From Octopus vulgaris (Eukaryota): DNA of 64,000 nt. Location of the stretch: contig OX597820.1 in NCBI GenBank assembly GCA_951406725.2, positions 72,540,001-72,604,000 of the forward strand, written 5' to 3'. This document shows, piece by piece, positions 24,800-39,282 of this stretch (the stretch's first letter is position 1; the number at the start of each line of letters is the position of its first letter). Both the position numbers and the translations under genes were made by a program. Under the pieces are notes generated by a model that was not told where the DNA came from, did not search any database, and saw nothing but the letters and a program-made list of their open reading frames with translations.

Positions 24800-25550
24800 A
24801 TAAATTGATAATGAGCTAAGTATAAAAACCAAACTTGGTACCTTCAATTCAGTGTTTGTGCCCACCCTTACCTATGGTCATGAATCTTGGGTAATGACCG
24901 AAAGAATACGATTGTGAATACAAGCAACTGAGGAGGACTTCCTTCAAAGGGTCTTTTGAGTTATGTCACTTGATAGAGTGTGTAGCTTGGACATCAGAGA
25001 GGCACTCCATGTATTGCTGTTACTTCTTGGAATCGAGAGATCACAACTTTGATACTATGGACATTGATATGAATGCCTCTGGAAAGAATCACTGGACATG
25101 TTTTACAGGCAAAACCAATCAGCAGGTGACCCAGGAGTGGGCCACTTGCAGGGTGGCTGGGTAACATCCTATTTCTTTATTACCCACAAGGGGCTAAACA
25201 TAGAGGGGACAAACAGGGACAGACATAGGTATTAAGTTGATTACATTGACCCCAGTGCGTAACTGGTACTTAATTTATCGACCCCGAAAGGATGAAAGGC
25301 AAAGTCAACCTCGGCGGAATTTGAACTCACAATGTAATGACAGACGAAATACGGCTATACATTTTGCCCAGCGTGCTAATGTCTCTGCCAGCTCGCTGCC
25401 TTCGAGTAACATCCACAACCTTAGTTGGTCTCGTTTGGGATGGTAATTTCTGATAGGACCTGATGGAAGGCATGCTTCAGGACTCTGTCCCACCCAATGA
25501 CCCTCCCGGGCATAAGTGGATGAAGAAGAAGAGATGAGATGAGATGAGAT
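24800..25550 (+). mobile_element. RTE-clade (Expander/Rex3-like) LINE 3' end, interrupted by a SINE A
   Basis: Translation SVFVPTLTYGHESWVMTERIRL*IQATEEDFLQRV..DRVCSLDIREAL..IERSQL*YYGH; (GATGA)n tail. Confidence 0.8.
25170..25403 (-). mobile_element. SINE family A with 9-bp TSD GTAACATCC
   Basis: TSD at ~25161 and ~25406. Confidence 0.85.
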
Positions 25551-26394
25551 AATGTTGCAAATGGAGACAAAGGGACTTTGACAAACCTTGACTGATTGAC
25601 TAAACAATTAATCAAATAATCAATTAATTATGTGCATGTTGTGATAATTGAGTATTTGGGTCTAGAACTACAAGATAACAAAAATTTAACAAATATAATA
25701 AATGTAAAATTATGTAGTATTTTTGTTGTTAAGTGGTTAAATATCAACAAATTATCTAAATAATAAAAGAAATGAAATAGAACTAGCAAGTGTGTGTTTA
25801 TTACTGGCATAATGACCCTCCTAATATGCAATAAAATCTGTTTCAATGCATAATTTCATATCAAGAATCTTGTTAGCCAAATATTTATTTGAATATTATG
25901 AACTATTAAACCTAAGGTGTAATCACTCAAAGAACTTCAAGAGAGCTTGGATGCATTCTGAAAATAATAACAATGAGCTTCATTGAGAAAGTGAGATCTT
26001 GCTGTTTTATGAATGACATTTGTTTTTCAAGATAGCTTAAATATAAAATATTACGAATACTATAAAATGATTATGTTGTTTATGTGGTGGATAAAAGTGT
26101 TAAATTAGGTAAAATTGATTAATAAATTTTGATGCTTTCATATAAAATTGTGTTAATTGAAAGGAAAATATGTTTAAATAGAGAAAGTTAATTGCTTATT
26201 TTAGTTTGGTTGATATTTCACAAGTTCTGATACATGTTGAAGAATACAATACATATTCATTATATTCTTTCACTGATTTCAGATACTGAACCGTGGCAAA
26301 AGCAGAGGCAGGAACCATCTTCAAAGATTTCAGTCAATTATATTGCCTCTGGTTCTTATTTTAGCCTAGTATTTATTTAACTGAATTTATAATA

Positions 26395-27368
26395 TTCTTT
26401 TCTACTCTAAGCACAAGGCCCCAAATTTTTTGGGGGTGTGGGGGGGGCAGTCAATTAGATCGACTCCAGTATGCAACTGGTACTTAATTTATCAACCCTG
26501 AAAGGATGAAAGGCAAAGTCGACCTTGGTGGAATTTGAACTCAGAATGTAAAGACAGACGAAATACCACTTAGTAGTTTGCCTGGTTTGATAATGTTTCT
26601 GTGAGCTCACTGCCTTTGAATTCATAATATTGACTGGTTAAGCTACCTTCTGATGTAATGAAATGAAACTTGACATAATGTGTTATATCATGTACAAAGT
26701 CAAAGCCACATACAAATGTCGTGGCCTTTGGTTGTTGGCTGGTCTGTTGTGATGGCTGGTTAAGTTGATGAATGGAAAATAGATGAAAATATGTTTCTAG
26801 AGCTAGGCGGTGAACTAGCAGGAAAAGCAGTGAGCTGGCAGCACACTAGGCGAAATGCTTAGCGATATTTCGTCTGCCATTACTTTATGAGTTCAAATTA
26901 CACCGAGGTCAACTTTGCCTTTTATCCTTTGAGGGTCGATAAATTGAGTACCGGGGGCAACACTGGGGTCAATGTAACTGACTAGTTCCCTCCCACAAAA
27001 TTTCAGGCTTTGTGCCTAATGTAGAAAAGCAGCAAGTTGGCAGAAATGTTAGCACACTGGCTGAAACAGAAATTACCAGAAAATACTAATAGTTATCTAA
27101 CAGGTAAACAGGTAATTTACATCTATTATTATTATTATTATTACTATTATTGAAGGCAGCAAGCTGGCAGAAATGTTCGCATGCCAGGTGAAATGCTTAG
27201 TGGTATTTTGTCTGACTTTACGTTCTGAGTTCAAATGCTACTGAGGTCGACTTTACCTTTCATCTTTTCAGGGTCGATAAATTAAGTACTAGCTGTGTAC
27301 TGGGATCGAGCTAATCAACTGGCCTCCTCCCCAAAAATTCCGGGCCTTGTGCCTTGAGTAGAAAAGAA
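26395..27368. mobile_element. Three SINE family A copies (26395-26617 minus; 26805-27030 plus; 27153-27368 plus)
   Basis: Shared head and core sequence. Confidence 0.85.
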
Positions 27369-27842
27369 TATGTTTCTAGAGCTGTATGTAGAAATAACTG
27401 CAAAACACCCACAAACATTTGATGGAAGACTTTATCATTGCATATATAAACAAACTGTATTGGCCTTTTACAGTTAGGGTAATGACCCCCTTCAGTCACA
27501 AATGACCATGGGATTGCACCAACAAATTTACCTGCCGAGGCACAAATCTGATGTTATCCGAGGGAAAGGAAAAAGCTGATATAGCTTGAACAGCAATAAT
27601 TATTTACTGAAAGAGATACTGCTTGGAGTCTATGGCAAGCTATAGATGTGGCAACCAGCAATTAACCAAACATAACTGTAAACAATTGTGCTATATTAAT
27701 AGTGATAAAGTTCCTGTCATCTATCAGTGCCATCGGTCTCAGCTGCCTTCCTGAATCATCTGGTTGGTAAAAATGTATGTGGACCAGTTTTCATAGGGGA
27801 CTAGAGGTCAAATTCTAGAATGTTGGAGAAGATGGAAATAGT

Positions 27843-27878
27843 TTTTAACATTTCAGCTGTTAGCCCTTCATCAGAAAA
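27843..27878 (-). ncRNA. Minimal hammerhead-like motif
   Basis: Reverse complement TTTT-CTGATGA-AGGGCT-AAC-AGCT-GAAAT-GTT-AAAA. Confidence 0.45.
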
Positions 27879-28224
27879 ATGGAAAAAAAGGAAAGGTAGT
27901 GGAAAGAAGCGAGGAAGAAGAAAAGGTATTGCGAGGAAGAGGGAGGGTGTAGTGTGCATGTATAGGGAGGTGTCTGCACGTAAGGAGTTGGAACAAGGGT
28001 GGTTTATGGAGTGCTGGTAGTTAGCTGGAGGGTAGGAGTCGAGTTGTGCAAGAATGTGATAAGAGGTGTGGTGGAGGAAGATGAATAGGTGTGAATGTGA
28101 TACAGGTAGAGGAAGGCATGGAGAAAAACTATGAAGTAAACAGTGAAAAAAACAGTATACTTGGGGGAGCAAATTTATATATATATATGTGTGCATGTGT
28201 GTGTGTGTCTGTGTGTGTATATGT

Positions 28225-28634
28225 ATTCTTTTAATTGTTTCAACCATATGGATGTGGTCGTGCTGGTGGCCATGCTGGAGCACTGCCTTTATTTGAACAA
28301 ATTGACCCAAAGACTTATTCTTTGTAAGCTTAGTACTTATTCTATCGGTCATTTTTGCCAAACCATTAAGTTGCGGGGACATAAACACACCAGCATCAGT
28401 TGTCCAGCGATGGTGGGAGGCACAAATACAGACACACAAACATACACGTACACACACACATTTATATATACAACAGGCTTCTTTCAGTTTCCATCTATCA
28501 AATCCACTCACAAGGCTTTGGTCGACCCTAGGTTATAGTAGAAGACACTTGCCCAATGTGCCACACAGTGGGACTAAACCCAGAACCATGTGGTTGGTAA
28601 GCAAGCTTCTTACCACACAGCCACTCCTGCGCCT
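28225..28634 (-). mobile_element. SINE family B
   Basis: Reverse complement of 20628-21035. Confidence 0.9.
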
Positions 28635-28844
28635 ATATATATGTATATGATGTGTGGGTGTGTTTGTGTGTGCGTGTGTATGTGTTAGGAAGGATATTCA
28701 GTGGTAGAAACCACACCATTGCTGACAATGGAGCTTAATAAGGTCCTGTGGCATACTGGATCCTATCAAAACATCTAAGTCATGTCAGCATGAAACAGGA
28801 ATGGTACATTATGGTGCTGATGATATGTAAATGCGCACGAACTC

Positions 28845-29670
28845 ATATACATGCATCTATATCTATCATTTATATGGTTGAATCTATTTCTGTGTGTATA
28901 TGCACTCACACATATATATATAAACACACACACATACATATATATTTACACGCATCTATACATATCATATCTATATGGTGGAATGCATGTCTGTGAGTGT
29001 ATGCACACATTCAATTATGTATGCATGCACACACATACATGTATACATGCATCTATATATATCATATCTATATGATTGAATGTATGTCTGAGTATATGCA
29101 CACACACACATACACATGCACACACAGACATGCACACACACATGCACATATATACATACATACACATATATACATGCATCTATATATACATCTATATGGT
29201 TGAGTGTATGCACATACACATGCATGCACACACATACATATACATATATAAGCATACACACGTATACAGACATACATTCAACCATACATATATAAACACA
29301 CACATACACAAATATACACACATATGCATCGATATATATATCATATCTATATAGTTGAATGTATGTCTGTGAGTGTATGCACACATACACAAAAGCACAC
29401 GCATACATGCACACACAAATATATAAACACATACACACATGCATCTATATATATATATATCATCTGTATATATGCATCTATATATATATCTATATAGTTG
29501 AATGTATGCCTGAGTGTATGCACACACACACACGTGCACAAACACATGCATGCATACATGCACACACACAAATATATAAACACACACATACATATATACA
29601 CGCATATATATATACATCATATCTATATGGTTGAATGTGTCTTTGAGTGTATGCACACACACACACAGCA
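28845..29670. repeat. Higher-order microsatellite-derived tandem repeat (~115-140 bp units)
   Basis: ATGCATCTATATATATCATATCTATATRGTTGAATGTATGTCTG(T)GAGTGTATGCACAC recurs about 7 times. Confidence 0.8.
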
Positions 29671-32449
29671 ATATGATAGACTTCTGCACAGTTTCCTCCT
29701 ACAAAATTTCATTCAAGGTGTCGTTACCAGGATACCTACTTAAGACAGGACAGAGTAGAATCAAGTCCAGAACTCTGTGATTACAAACCAAACCAAATGA
29801 TGAGGATGCCTCTCATCTATGTTTAACAAATTTCTATTCTTAGCTTTATGACAATGCACGATTAAGTATGATACACATTTCAAAATTTATTTAACTTTAC
29901 ATGAAGCCTATTGTAACCACAATATATGACTACAATTATTTATGGCTACATGCAATAAATTGCATTATTTCCTGTTTTATATATCTAATTAGATGTACAT
30001 AAATTTATTTAGCCAGCTGTCAAATATCATTACAGTTGATGTGAAATACATTTTCTAACGTGTCATGTGTGTTTAATTGATTGTGATGAACATTCGTCCA
30101 AGCCATATGTTTAAAGACTTTGCTGTAAACCTTATATTTAGCGAGTTGTATGTTTTACTAAATGTCCTTGTCCATCATGAATTACATGTTAAATTAACTT
30201 TTACAAATGTTATTCAACTGGTTATACTGAACACTTATGCTGATTTCAGAATGCGTATGTACTGTAACTTCGAGGCATTTAATATATTTCCCTCTGCTTG
30301 CTTTTGTTTGATATCTCTGCTTAATTTCTTTTTCTTCTTTTTCTCTTTTCTTTCTTTTGGTTTTGTTATTTTGGTCTTTCGTGGAAATGAAATTATGTTA
30401 TTAAATATTCATACAAAAGTTGAGTGAATTAGCACAGTTCTCATGGTTTGCCCTAAGTGAAGCTATAATTAGAAGATATTATGTTTATTTCCAAGAACTA
30501 TCTCTAAATACTGTAAACAAGTAATGGCGAAAAGAGAAAGAAATTATTCTCAATTGGAAATGAGATATAGGAATAGCAAATTAACCGTTATGCAATAACT
30601 AGACCAAATATTTCCCATTATTTATGAGACTGTTGAGCTTTCACTAATTTGCAGTATTGAATCTTGGATGCTATATTATTTTGATATATGGAGAGGAATA
30701 TTCCAGCACCGTACTCTCATATTAGAAGCAATATTCAAAGAAGATGGTTGTTAGTCTTTTACAATCATTTAATGATAAATTCCCTACTGGCTTTATCATA
30801 TATATGGGATCATTTCTCCATCTCTTGCACTGATTACAGCTTCAAATAAATCTTTTCGGTAATAATATTACTTTCTATTTGGGCTCTGATTTAGATATAT
30901 TCATTCTTTCTTCTTTCTTATATATATATATTTTTTTTATTTTTGAACTTCCAAAATCTTCAAGACTGCCAGACATTATCATGTTAATAATTTGACATTC
31001 AGTTCTATCACACAACTGTTCATGTGTGAAATTTCCATTTCTCTGGTTAAAAAAAAAAGAATTCTTTTAGCTTTGAATGTGTCTAAGAGTAAAGCATATA
31101 TAGACATTAATATTTCTAAATTTTTAAAAATATTATGAAGTAAAATATTCAAAAGAGAACCATACTCACACACACACACATTTATATAAATATAACTTTT
31201 GATCATTTTTCTCTTATCAAAATATTCTCTATAATTTTAATATCTTTTAATGACCGTATGGATCTCTACCATGTTTTGATACTTGCTCATAAACTTGCTT
31301 CCTCATTAATTTACAGAGAAGTATGAAGATCTTTCTAAATTCTAATGAACTCTGAAAAGTAATGGCTTTGAGATTTATATGGCGTTCGTTTGTTCAAATC
31401 TTATTGTGGCTTTTTATGTTGCATTGCTGAGGGAAACCAACATAACTTTGCTTGCTTTAATTTACCTGTCTGACAAATATTAGGATAGAATAAAAATCCA
31501 TCTTGATTCTTTTAGACTGATAGGGTTGGTTTTCCAGTTTCTGTGGCATATATGTTACCCCACAGGATGGGACGCAAATCCATCACAAGAACTGAGTGGA
31601 CCGGAGCAAAGTGAAATGAAATGAAATGAAATGTTTTGCTCAAGAGCATGTGTCACCCAGTTCAGGAATCCCACAATCTTACAATCATGAGTCTGATACT
31701 TTAATCATTAAACCTGACATATATTCACTTGTTGGCACAGGAATGAGAATATACTAGACTACCTATGACCCATTGGGTTACTGGGAAACTTAGTCTCCCA
31801 GCGGCAGAGTTTTGTTTCATGGGTCTTTTCTTTTCCAGGTTATTTTGCATGCTTTCAATGAATGTGACATCCAAATCACATGCAAACGGCTCCTTTCCTC
31901 CAGGAAAGGAAAGATTTGGTTGCTATTTCTTGCATGCCTTGCTACCACACAATAGGTATGCTAGATCCTTTATCACAAATAGCTGTTATGTAGTAGCAGG
32001 GCGTGCTAGAAATAGCAGCCAAATCTTAGGTGAGATAATGTTGAATGCACTTGCAAAAAACCTAGGGAATCAAGGTTACGAAGTTCATGATATATATGTG
32101 TTTATGTATGTATGTATGTTTATACATGTGTATGTATGCATGTATGTAAGCATATGTGTACATGTGTATGCATGTATGTATGCATGCATGTAAGTACATG
32201 TGTATGTATGTATGTATGTGAGTATTTACATATGTGTATAGACATGTCTACGTGTGTGTATATGTGTATGTATGTGTAAATGTATGTTTATGTACTGATG
32301 TGTGTGTCTGTTCAAGTTGTATATATGACTGTTACTTCGTTGAAGGTTGTATGTATATATATTTACTGTAAAAAAAAACAAATCATATTTATTTATTGTC
32401 AAATCACTGTCTAATCGAAAGGTTAGAGATTTTTCCCTTTCAGGATGAA

Positions 32450-33118
32450 GTTATTCAGAACGCAATAATAAATCTCTGAAAGAGATGTAAACAGTAACCG
32501 CTCGACAACGTAAAGTATACTAGCCATCTCAATATGGCTAACCACTAAGGGTGGGTGTTACTGTTGCTTTTAGCCCCAGGAGATCATCGTCTCCAGCTGG
32601 CTTTAGGCACACTTTCTGTGCGCTTATGATATTCGCAAAGGGAGGTCATCCCCTGTCGTAAACCTAAGTGATACGCACGGACTATAGTTTCGAGGTTGTT
32701 GCCTCTTGTCAACGTACAGTAATCACCGGTTTTCGATGAGGAGAGACCTGTTTGCGAATATCTATTTAATGTTTTTCCCAGTAACCACTGTCACTGATTT
32801 CAAAATACTGTCTGAAAGCAATAATAAATCTCTGAAAGAGATGTAAACAGTAACCGCTCGACAACGTAAAGTCTCCTCATCGAAAACCGGTAATTACCGT
32901 ACGTTGACAAGAGGTAACAACCTCGAAACTATAGTCTGTGTGTATCACTTAGGTTTACAAGAGGGGATGACCTCCCTTTGCGAATATCATAAGGGCATAG
33001 AAAGTATGCCTAAAGCCAGCTGGAGACAATGATCTCCTGGGGTTAAAAGTGACAGTAACACCCACCCTTAGTGGTTAGCCATATTGAGATGGCTAGTATA
33101 CTTTACGTTATTCAGAAC
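32450..33118. mobile_element. Helitron-related rearranged element: ~238-bp inverted repeat plus 55-bp direct repeat
   Basis: Arms 32507-32744 / 32872-33109; direct repeat 32462-32516 = 32818-32872; GGTTAGCCATATTRAGATGGCTA is shared with the Helitron at 53.8 kb. Confidence 0.7.
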
Positions 33119-33525
33119 ATTTTCCCATTATGCACCATTTTGGGTATTCATACAACCAAACCCCGAATATCTCAATAAATACTGCTCCAATTTATGCGAG
33201 ATGTATTTCATTTCATTCGTATTAACATTTTAGGGTAAACTTAATTCATAATATTTTCCCATAATGCACCAGTTTGGCTGGGTAACATTGCCAGCAAGCA
33301 AGATTGGAAATGTATTTTAATGTACTATAGATATATATCTATATATCTGTACATCTATTTATCTATCTGTCAATCCATCTCTTTATACTTTTTATTTACT
33401 ATTTTGTACTTTACTTAATTATTGGTATATGTTTTATAGTATATCTAATTTTCTTTCTATATGGTATAATTTAATTATATCGTTATTTCATTTTTGAATT
33501 GACAAAAGGTGGTTCTTCTCTAATT

Positions 33526-33558
<33 letters not shown>

Positions 33559-34899
33559 GTACACACATAAATACAGACCAAATATAAATGCAACCACACC
33601 TGCTTACTTAATTTAAATATATGTACACATAAATAGATATCAATGCATACACATACATACATATGTACGTACATTCATACACACAAACATACACATCTCA
33701 GAATAAAGGCACATATATACACACATATATACTCAAAGGCATACACATAGGTAGAAATATATGCATGTACATATTGATATCTTCATACAAAAAATATGCA
33801 CACAGGTTTGTAAATAAGCATATGGATATAGAAGCTATACAATACTTCAATTAGATTGAATTTGCCAAACTTGATTATAATGAAACAGATTTAATGAATC
33901 ATATATATTAATAAAAAGGAAATAATGCTTAAGATAGATGCAAACTGGAGTCTACAGAGATTTCGAGGTGCAGAATTACAGACACCATGCTGTCATTATA
34001 GGGTAGTGGCTTTAATATGAAAAAAACACGTGTGTGTATGCATATCGGTTTGTATGTGTGTATGTATGTATGGAAGGATGGATGGATGGATGAATGTGTA
34101 TATGATGTCTTTGTGTCTGTGTTAGTCTGTCCCCATCATTTGACAACCAGTGTTGGTTTGTTTACATCCCTGTAACTTAATGGTTTGGTCAATGAGGTCA
34201 GTGGAATAATAAAGGCCAGACTACAAAAAACAGAAGTCCTAGGGCAGATTTGTTCAACTAAACTCTTCAAGGTGATGCCCCAGAATGGCCTCAGTCCAGT
34301 GACTGAAACAAGTACAAGATGTCTTTGGTAGATCACCCAAGGCTTGCATCCAAACAACAAGACAAGAAAGAAATAAAGTTAAATCTAGAATACAAGGAAC
34401 CCGTTTATGGAGTCATGGTATTCCATAAGAGGGTTAGGTAACCTGGTTTACCTCCCTTCAATGAACTCTTCTATCTAAATACACAATTTTGAAATCCCTT
34501 AAGCTTTATAGCAATTTTGATATCTTTCCAAGCTCATCCACACCTATTGCTCTAGTTTGCCAAATTTGTTGGCTGCATTCCCAAATCAGTGGTATTTGTC
34601 TGGGGTGACAAAATACATACATTTCTCAGTAACACCGAGTGTATAACTGCATGGTAAGATGCAAGAAAATCTGTTGATTTAACTAAATCTCTCAACTCAT
34701 TATTCCTCTTTCTGCTTGTTAATTGTAATTTTGTTCCATTAAATATTCTCATCATTATTTTTACATCCACTTTTCTATGTTTGCATGGGTCAGGTGAGTT
34801 TTATTGAAACATATTTGCTATGGATGAACACCCTTCCTATCACAAATCCTCAAGTGTTTGCAAACAAGATAATGTTGTCCCATGGCTAAACATGCTTGT

Positions 34900-35297
34900 C
34901 TTTTATCTTTTACTTGTTTCAGTCATTAGACTGTGGCCATGCTGGGGCAAGGCCTTGAAGAACTTTTAGTTGAATGAATCGATACCAGTACTATTTTTTT
35001 TAAAAACCTGGTACTTATTCTATCAGTCTCTTTTGCTGAATCACTAAGTTACAAGAACATAAATACACCAACACTGGTTGTCAAGCAGTGGTGGGGGACA
35101 AACAGAGACACAATGACACACACACACAAATATATACAACAGGTTTGTCCAATTTCGTTTCCGTGTACCAAATCCACTCACAAGGCTTTGGTCAGCCAGA
35201 GGCTGTAGTTTAAGTTACTTGCACCAGGTGCCACTCAGTGGGACTATACCTGGAACCAAGTGGTGGAGAGGCAAGCTTCTTATCGCACAGCCACACC
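34900..35297 (-). mobile_element. SINE family B
   Basis: Reverse complement of the family B sequence. Confidence 0.85.
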
Positions 35298-36106
35298 TTG
35301 GAAGCAAACAACACTTACTTAAAGTCATTATGCAATGTGGAGACAAGGCGAGAGAGAGAGGGAGATGTATACACATATACACATACATGCACGTATGCAT
35401 ATGCACTATCATATCTTGAGTCTTTCTTAAAGCAAGAAAAATCATAGCAGTGTCCTATCACTCTTAAGGAGCATATTCAGAGCTCAAATATGATTTAATA
35501 CTTTCGCAAGGGCCTAAGAAATGTTGACATTGCCAGTGTTATAGCTCTATTACTCTTCAGTCTTCCATTTGCATTCATTTATGGAAAGCTGTCTGGGAAC
35601 ATTTCTGAATTCATAGGAAATTAACAAAAATTTTGTAAAACTGATTGTGTGGATTCTGGTTCTGCTTCTTCTTTTTTTTACTGCTTATCATTGAGGGCAA
35701 GGGTGGTACCCATAGTGATGTAGTCATGGTTGGAAAGCCTTTGAGTATCAAAGGTTCATCAAGGTTGTCCTGGGGCTAAACTACAACAATACAAGGCAGT
35801 ATCAAAAAGTTCCCAGACTAGTTTATGTTTAAAAAAAACAAACTTATTTACCTAAGTTTTAACATCATCTCTTTCGAAATAGTCAACTTGCACAGCAATA
35901 CATCAGTCTCAGAATTCCTACCAATTTTAGAATCTGACCTGGAAGTCATTTTTCGTAAGCAAGTCAAGGACTTTCTGTGATTAACTCTTTAACTTGACAT
36001 TGGTGTTAAAACGGCAACATCTGAGCTGCATTTGCATCTTGGGAAAGAGATGGAAGTCTGTAGGTTCTAAATCTGGTGAATTAGGTTGGGTGCAGAAGCA
36101 ATACTA

Positions 36107-36740
36107 CAGTTCTATATTTAAGAGATGAGGAATTATGTACATTATTTACATTTGACGGATATTTGTCCTCATCTTGTTTGTTGTTAACACAACGTTAGCT
36201 GATATACCCTCCAGCCTTCATCAGGTGTCTTGGGGAAATTTCGAACCTGGGTTCACATTCCTAACATATTTTTCGATGTTATTATTATTATTATTATTTT
36301 TTTTTTTTTGAGAGAGCAGTGCATGCTATCAAAGTGACACTGGGGTAAAATATATGAAGCCCAGTATACCCATCATGACTACCCGTCTGATAAGGGTACA
36401 CCAGGTACATGCATCACAACCATATGTGCGTGACATGGTGATCTCATATCAAGATAAACAGCACATGACCTTGCAGGTGGGGCCCAGTTAGAATTTTCTT
36501 CTGGTTGAGTAACCAATCCCGCTCAAAAGGTCCCTGAGTAAGGGTTGTTTAAGGATGTTGAACAAAACAGCTACGTTTCCAGAGGTGAATTATTCAAACG
36601 CCAAAGAATCCTTCTCAACACATGGCTATGATGCTCCCCCACTACTTCTGCTCGTGAACAGAGATGCACATATCATCAGCCACTAAGGGACATGCTCAAC
36701 TGGTTAAGGTCAAACAACTATTGAGCAGAATATTTTGTTG

Positions 36741-36779
<39 letters not shown>

Positions 36780-36849
36780 TCACTGCCTGAAATTGAACTC
36801 AGAATCTTGGAGTTAGTATCCCACACTCTTAACCACTACGCCATATGCC
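36107..36849 (-). mobile_element. tRNA-head/(AAT)n/hammerhead element, copy 1 (single arm, interrupted at 36310-36736)
   Basis: Homologous to 42119-42429; retains CTGATGA (reverse complement at ~36218-36224). Confidence 0.85.
36310..36736 (-). mobile_element. Second copy of the 4294-4852 repeat, inserted in an (AAT)n tract
   Basis: Reverse-complement match, for example CCCATCATGACTACCCGTCTGATAAGGG. Confidence 0.85.
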
Positions 36850-37419
36850 AGTTTTTGGTTAGAAACTCATGAGTAAGAAGAGCTCGATGACAGGGTGCAC
36901 TGTTGTCATGAAGGTATCCAATTTTTTGCACTCCTAAGACTTGGTTGCTTTCAATGAATGTCGTCCCTCAAATGCTTCAAAATGTTCTCCAATGATTCTC
37001 ATGCACAAGCTGATGAATTTTTCTCCACATTTCTTGGGGTGACACTTGTGGCAGATCTTACAGACCACTTATCATCTTCCAGAGACATTCTTCCATGTTG
37101 AAGCACCTGTGCCACTCAAAACATAGCCTCATCGCTGTAAGCTTGTCAAAGTATGCTCAATGTCTCTGTAGCAGACTTCCCAATTTTAACATGTCCATGA
37201 CAAAAACTGTAGGACTATAGCATACACATGATCACAGTGTTGTCACTTGACACACTGCTTCATGAAGGTCTCACTGCAAATGCAACCATGTGCTGCCATC
37301 TGTTGGTGTACTACAGAACTAGTCTGGGAACTTTTTGAAACCACCTCATATATACTGGACTGAAATCAGAATGACTCTCTTCTTTTACTGCTTTGGTTTT
37401 ACTTTTTGTTATACAAGAC

Positions 37420-39260
37420 TTTAATGAACAGTTTTTACAGGGTTGTTTTTGAGAAGAGAGAAATTCCTTTGTGGTTTTTAATGTTTTTGTTTGTTATTCT
37501 TTATGTACTGGTGTTACATAAATAACATTACAGACACAGAATGTTATTGTTTTCTTACCATGTTGAGTATCAAATGTAAGTCTGTTATATGCAACAGAAG
37601 CAGTGCTGGATTAAAATAGCCATCTGTGTATCATACTGAATATAGATGCATCATGTAAAAGCAAATTAACTGTGACATTTGTCAGGAGAGTGCATCTCTT
37701 ATGGACATGCTGTGTTAAAAAACACAATACATACACCAGTAGCAAATAAAAATTGTCTAGTGTCAAGCATCTTCACCAGCTGCTGCAAGAAGATTTTTAT
37801 CTGTTACCAATATACACTGTTCTTAAACACAACATGCTTGTAAGAAACATCATCTTTGATGAATATCACAGTAAATATGCTTTCTTGTAATGTGCTTACA
37901 TTAAGTATGATACATCAATGGCAATTACATGTAGCATATTAACCATGGGGTCTCTTCCTGTTTTTAATACTTCAGTGTTGACAGCATCCATATATTACTA
38001 TTTTGTAGCTTTACATTGTTTAAATTCGTTTTTCTGTTTCATCTTTTGTTATTTTTGTAAGAATGTCCTCATCAGATGTGGACATTTTAGTACCAGATGT
38101 ACCATTCTAAATCTCTGATACTACTTACAGGTTATATGGGAATTTAGAGTTAAAAATGTTGTTCAAAATTATCATATTGATGTATCTTAGCTGTGTTTGT
38201 ATATGTGTTACCATCTTTATCTTTTATTATGCTGTATGATAAAGGTTGTGACTATGTATTGTTCTTGAAGCCAGTATCTCGTTCCATTTTGTCTTATAGG
38301 TTCTCATTCTTTTGTATTTTTCGGTGTTGTTTTGACAGATTTGTTCAGTTCATTGCATCGTTCAGCTTTGATAATATCGTCTGGGTTGTTCAACATTTCT
38401 ATTCTGGCTTTTCACCTTTGTTCACAGGATATCTCTATTTCTGATTGTTGGCCTGTCACTGGTTTTCAAGTCCACAATCTGACAATTTCTTCTGTTATTT
38501 TGTTCGTTGTTTCTTTGAAAAACATATACTTCTTGCCTTTGACATCTGTTGCCATGTTTCAGGCTGTAGCAAAGGTGTGGAAGCAACTCCTGTCATCTAC
38601 ATTGCAACCATTTGAACTAGAGTTTGGTTAGCAATTTTTTTCACATCATTATGGATCTTTTGTATTTTATTCTCTGTTTTGATGTTATTAAAAAGTGTAC
38701 CATGAAAAAAAACAAAAAAAACAATTGGAGTTTATTTCAGTTTTTGGTCTTCTATTTATTTTTAACAATAGTGTCCACTTTCCAGAATAATAATGTCATT
38801 CAGCTCATCTCATTGAGTAACTGGTAATGGAGTGGGGCCCATGTATGCCAGCATTTTATGCAGAGTTGAATCAGAATATTTGTCATCAAGATACCACCTG
38901 CTGTACAAGATCGCAATAGTTCTAATCTTTATTTAATTTCTTAAGTCCCTATTTTCTTGCAATATTCTGCCAGTTCTTGAATTGGTCTTCTCGTATGTCA
39001 ATATTTGAAACTTCAATAAACATGTAAAAGCTGCTTCATGGCAACTAGTTTCATTTCATTTGCTGGTCATCAAAGAATTTATTTGACACTTCACTTTTAC
39101 CTGAGCCTGGAGTTTCAATTTGGAAAATGGATATCATTCCAGCTGTAGTATTAACAAGTGATATCCAATAATATCTTTCAGAGTAATATTCACAGAATTT
39201 GATGCTTTTTGTGAACTCTTCTCTACAATCATAACTATTCATCTTTCTTTAACAATTTAG
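37420..39260 (-). mobile_element. Possible highly decayed non-LTR retrotransposon ORF2
   Basis: Weak traces only (ETPGSG resembling KSPGPDG, and NY.. downstream); many stops. Confidence 0.25.
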
Positions 39261-39282
39261 CATCTAAACCGGCTATATCCAA

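Larger units (their letters stand above)
35790..37350 (-). mobile_element. Mariner relic with TIRs and nested insertions
   Basis: TIRs ..GTATCAAAAAGTTCCCAGACTAGTT / AACTAGTCTGGGAACTTTTTGAAACCACCTCA, TA-flanked; reverse-complement translation PNSPDLEPTDFHLFPKMQMQL (YSPDLAP motif). Confidence 0.85.

Noticed and set aside
27801-28511. 236-aa ORF, the longest in the window
   Set aside because: Spans a SINE B, a microsatellite and a purine-rich relic; a chance ORF
30010-30040. Pre-miRNA-like hairpin
   Set aside because: Stem is only about 7 bp
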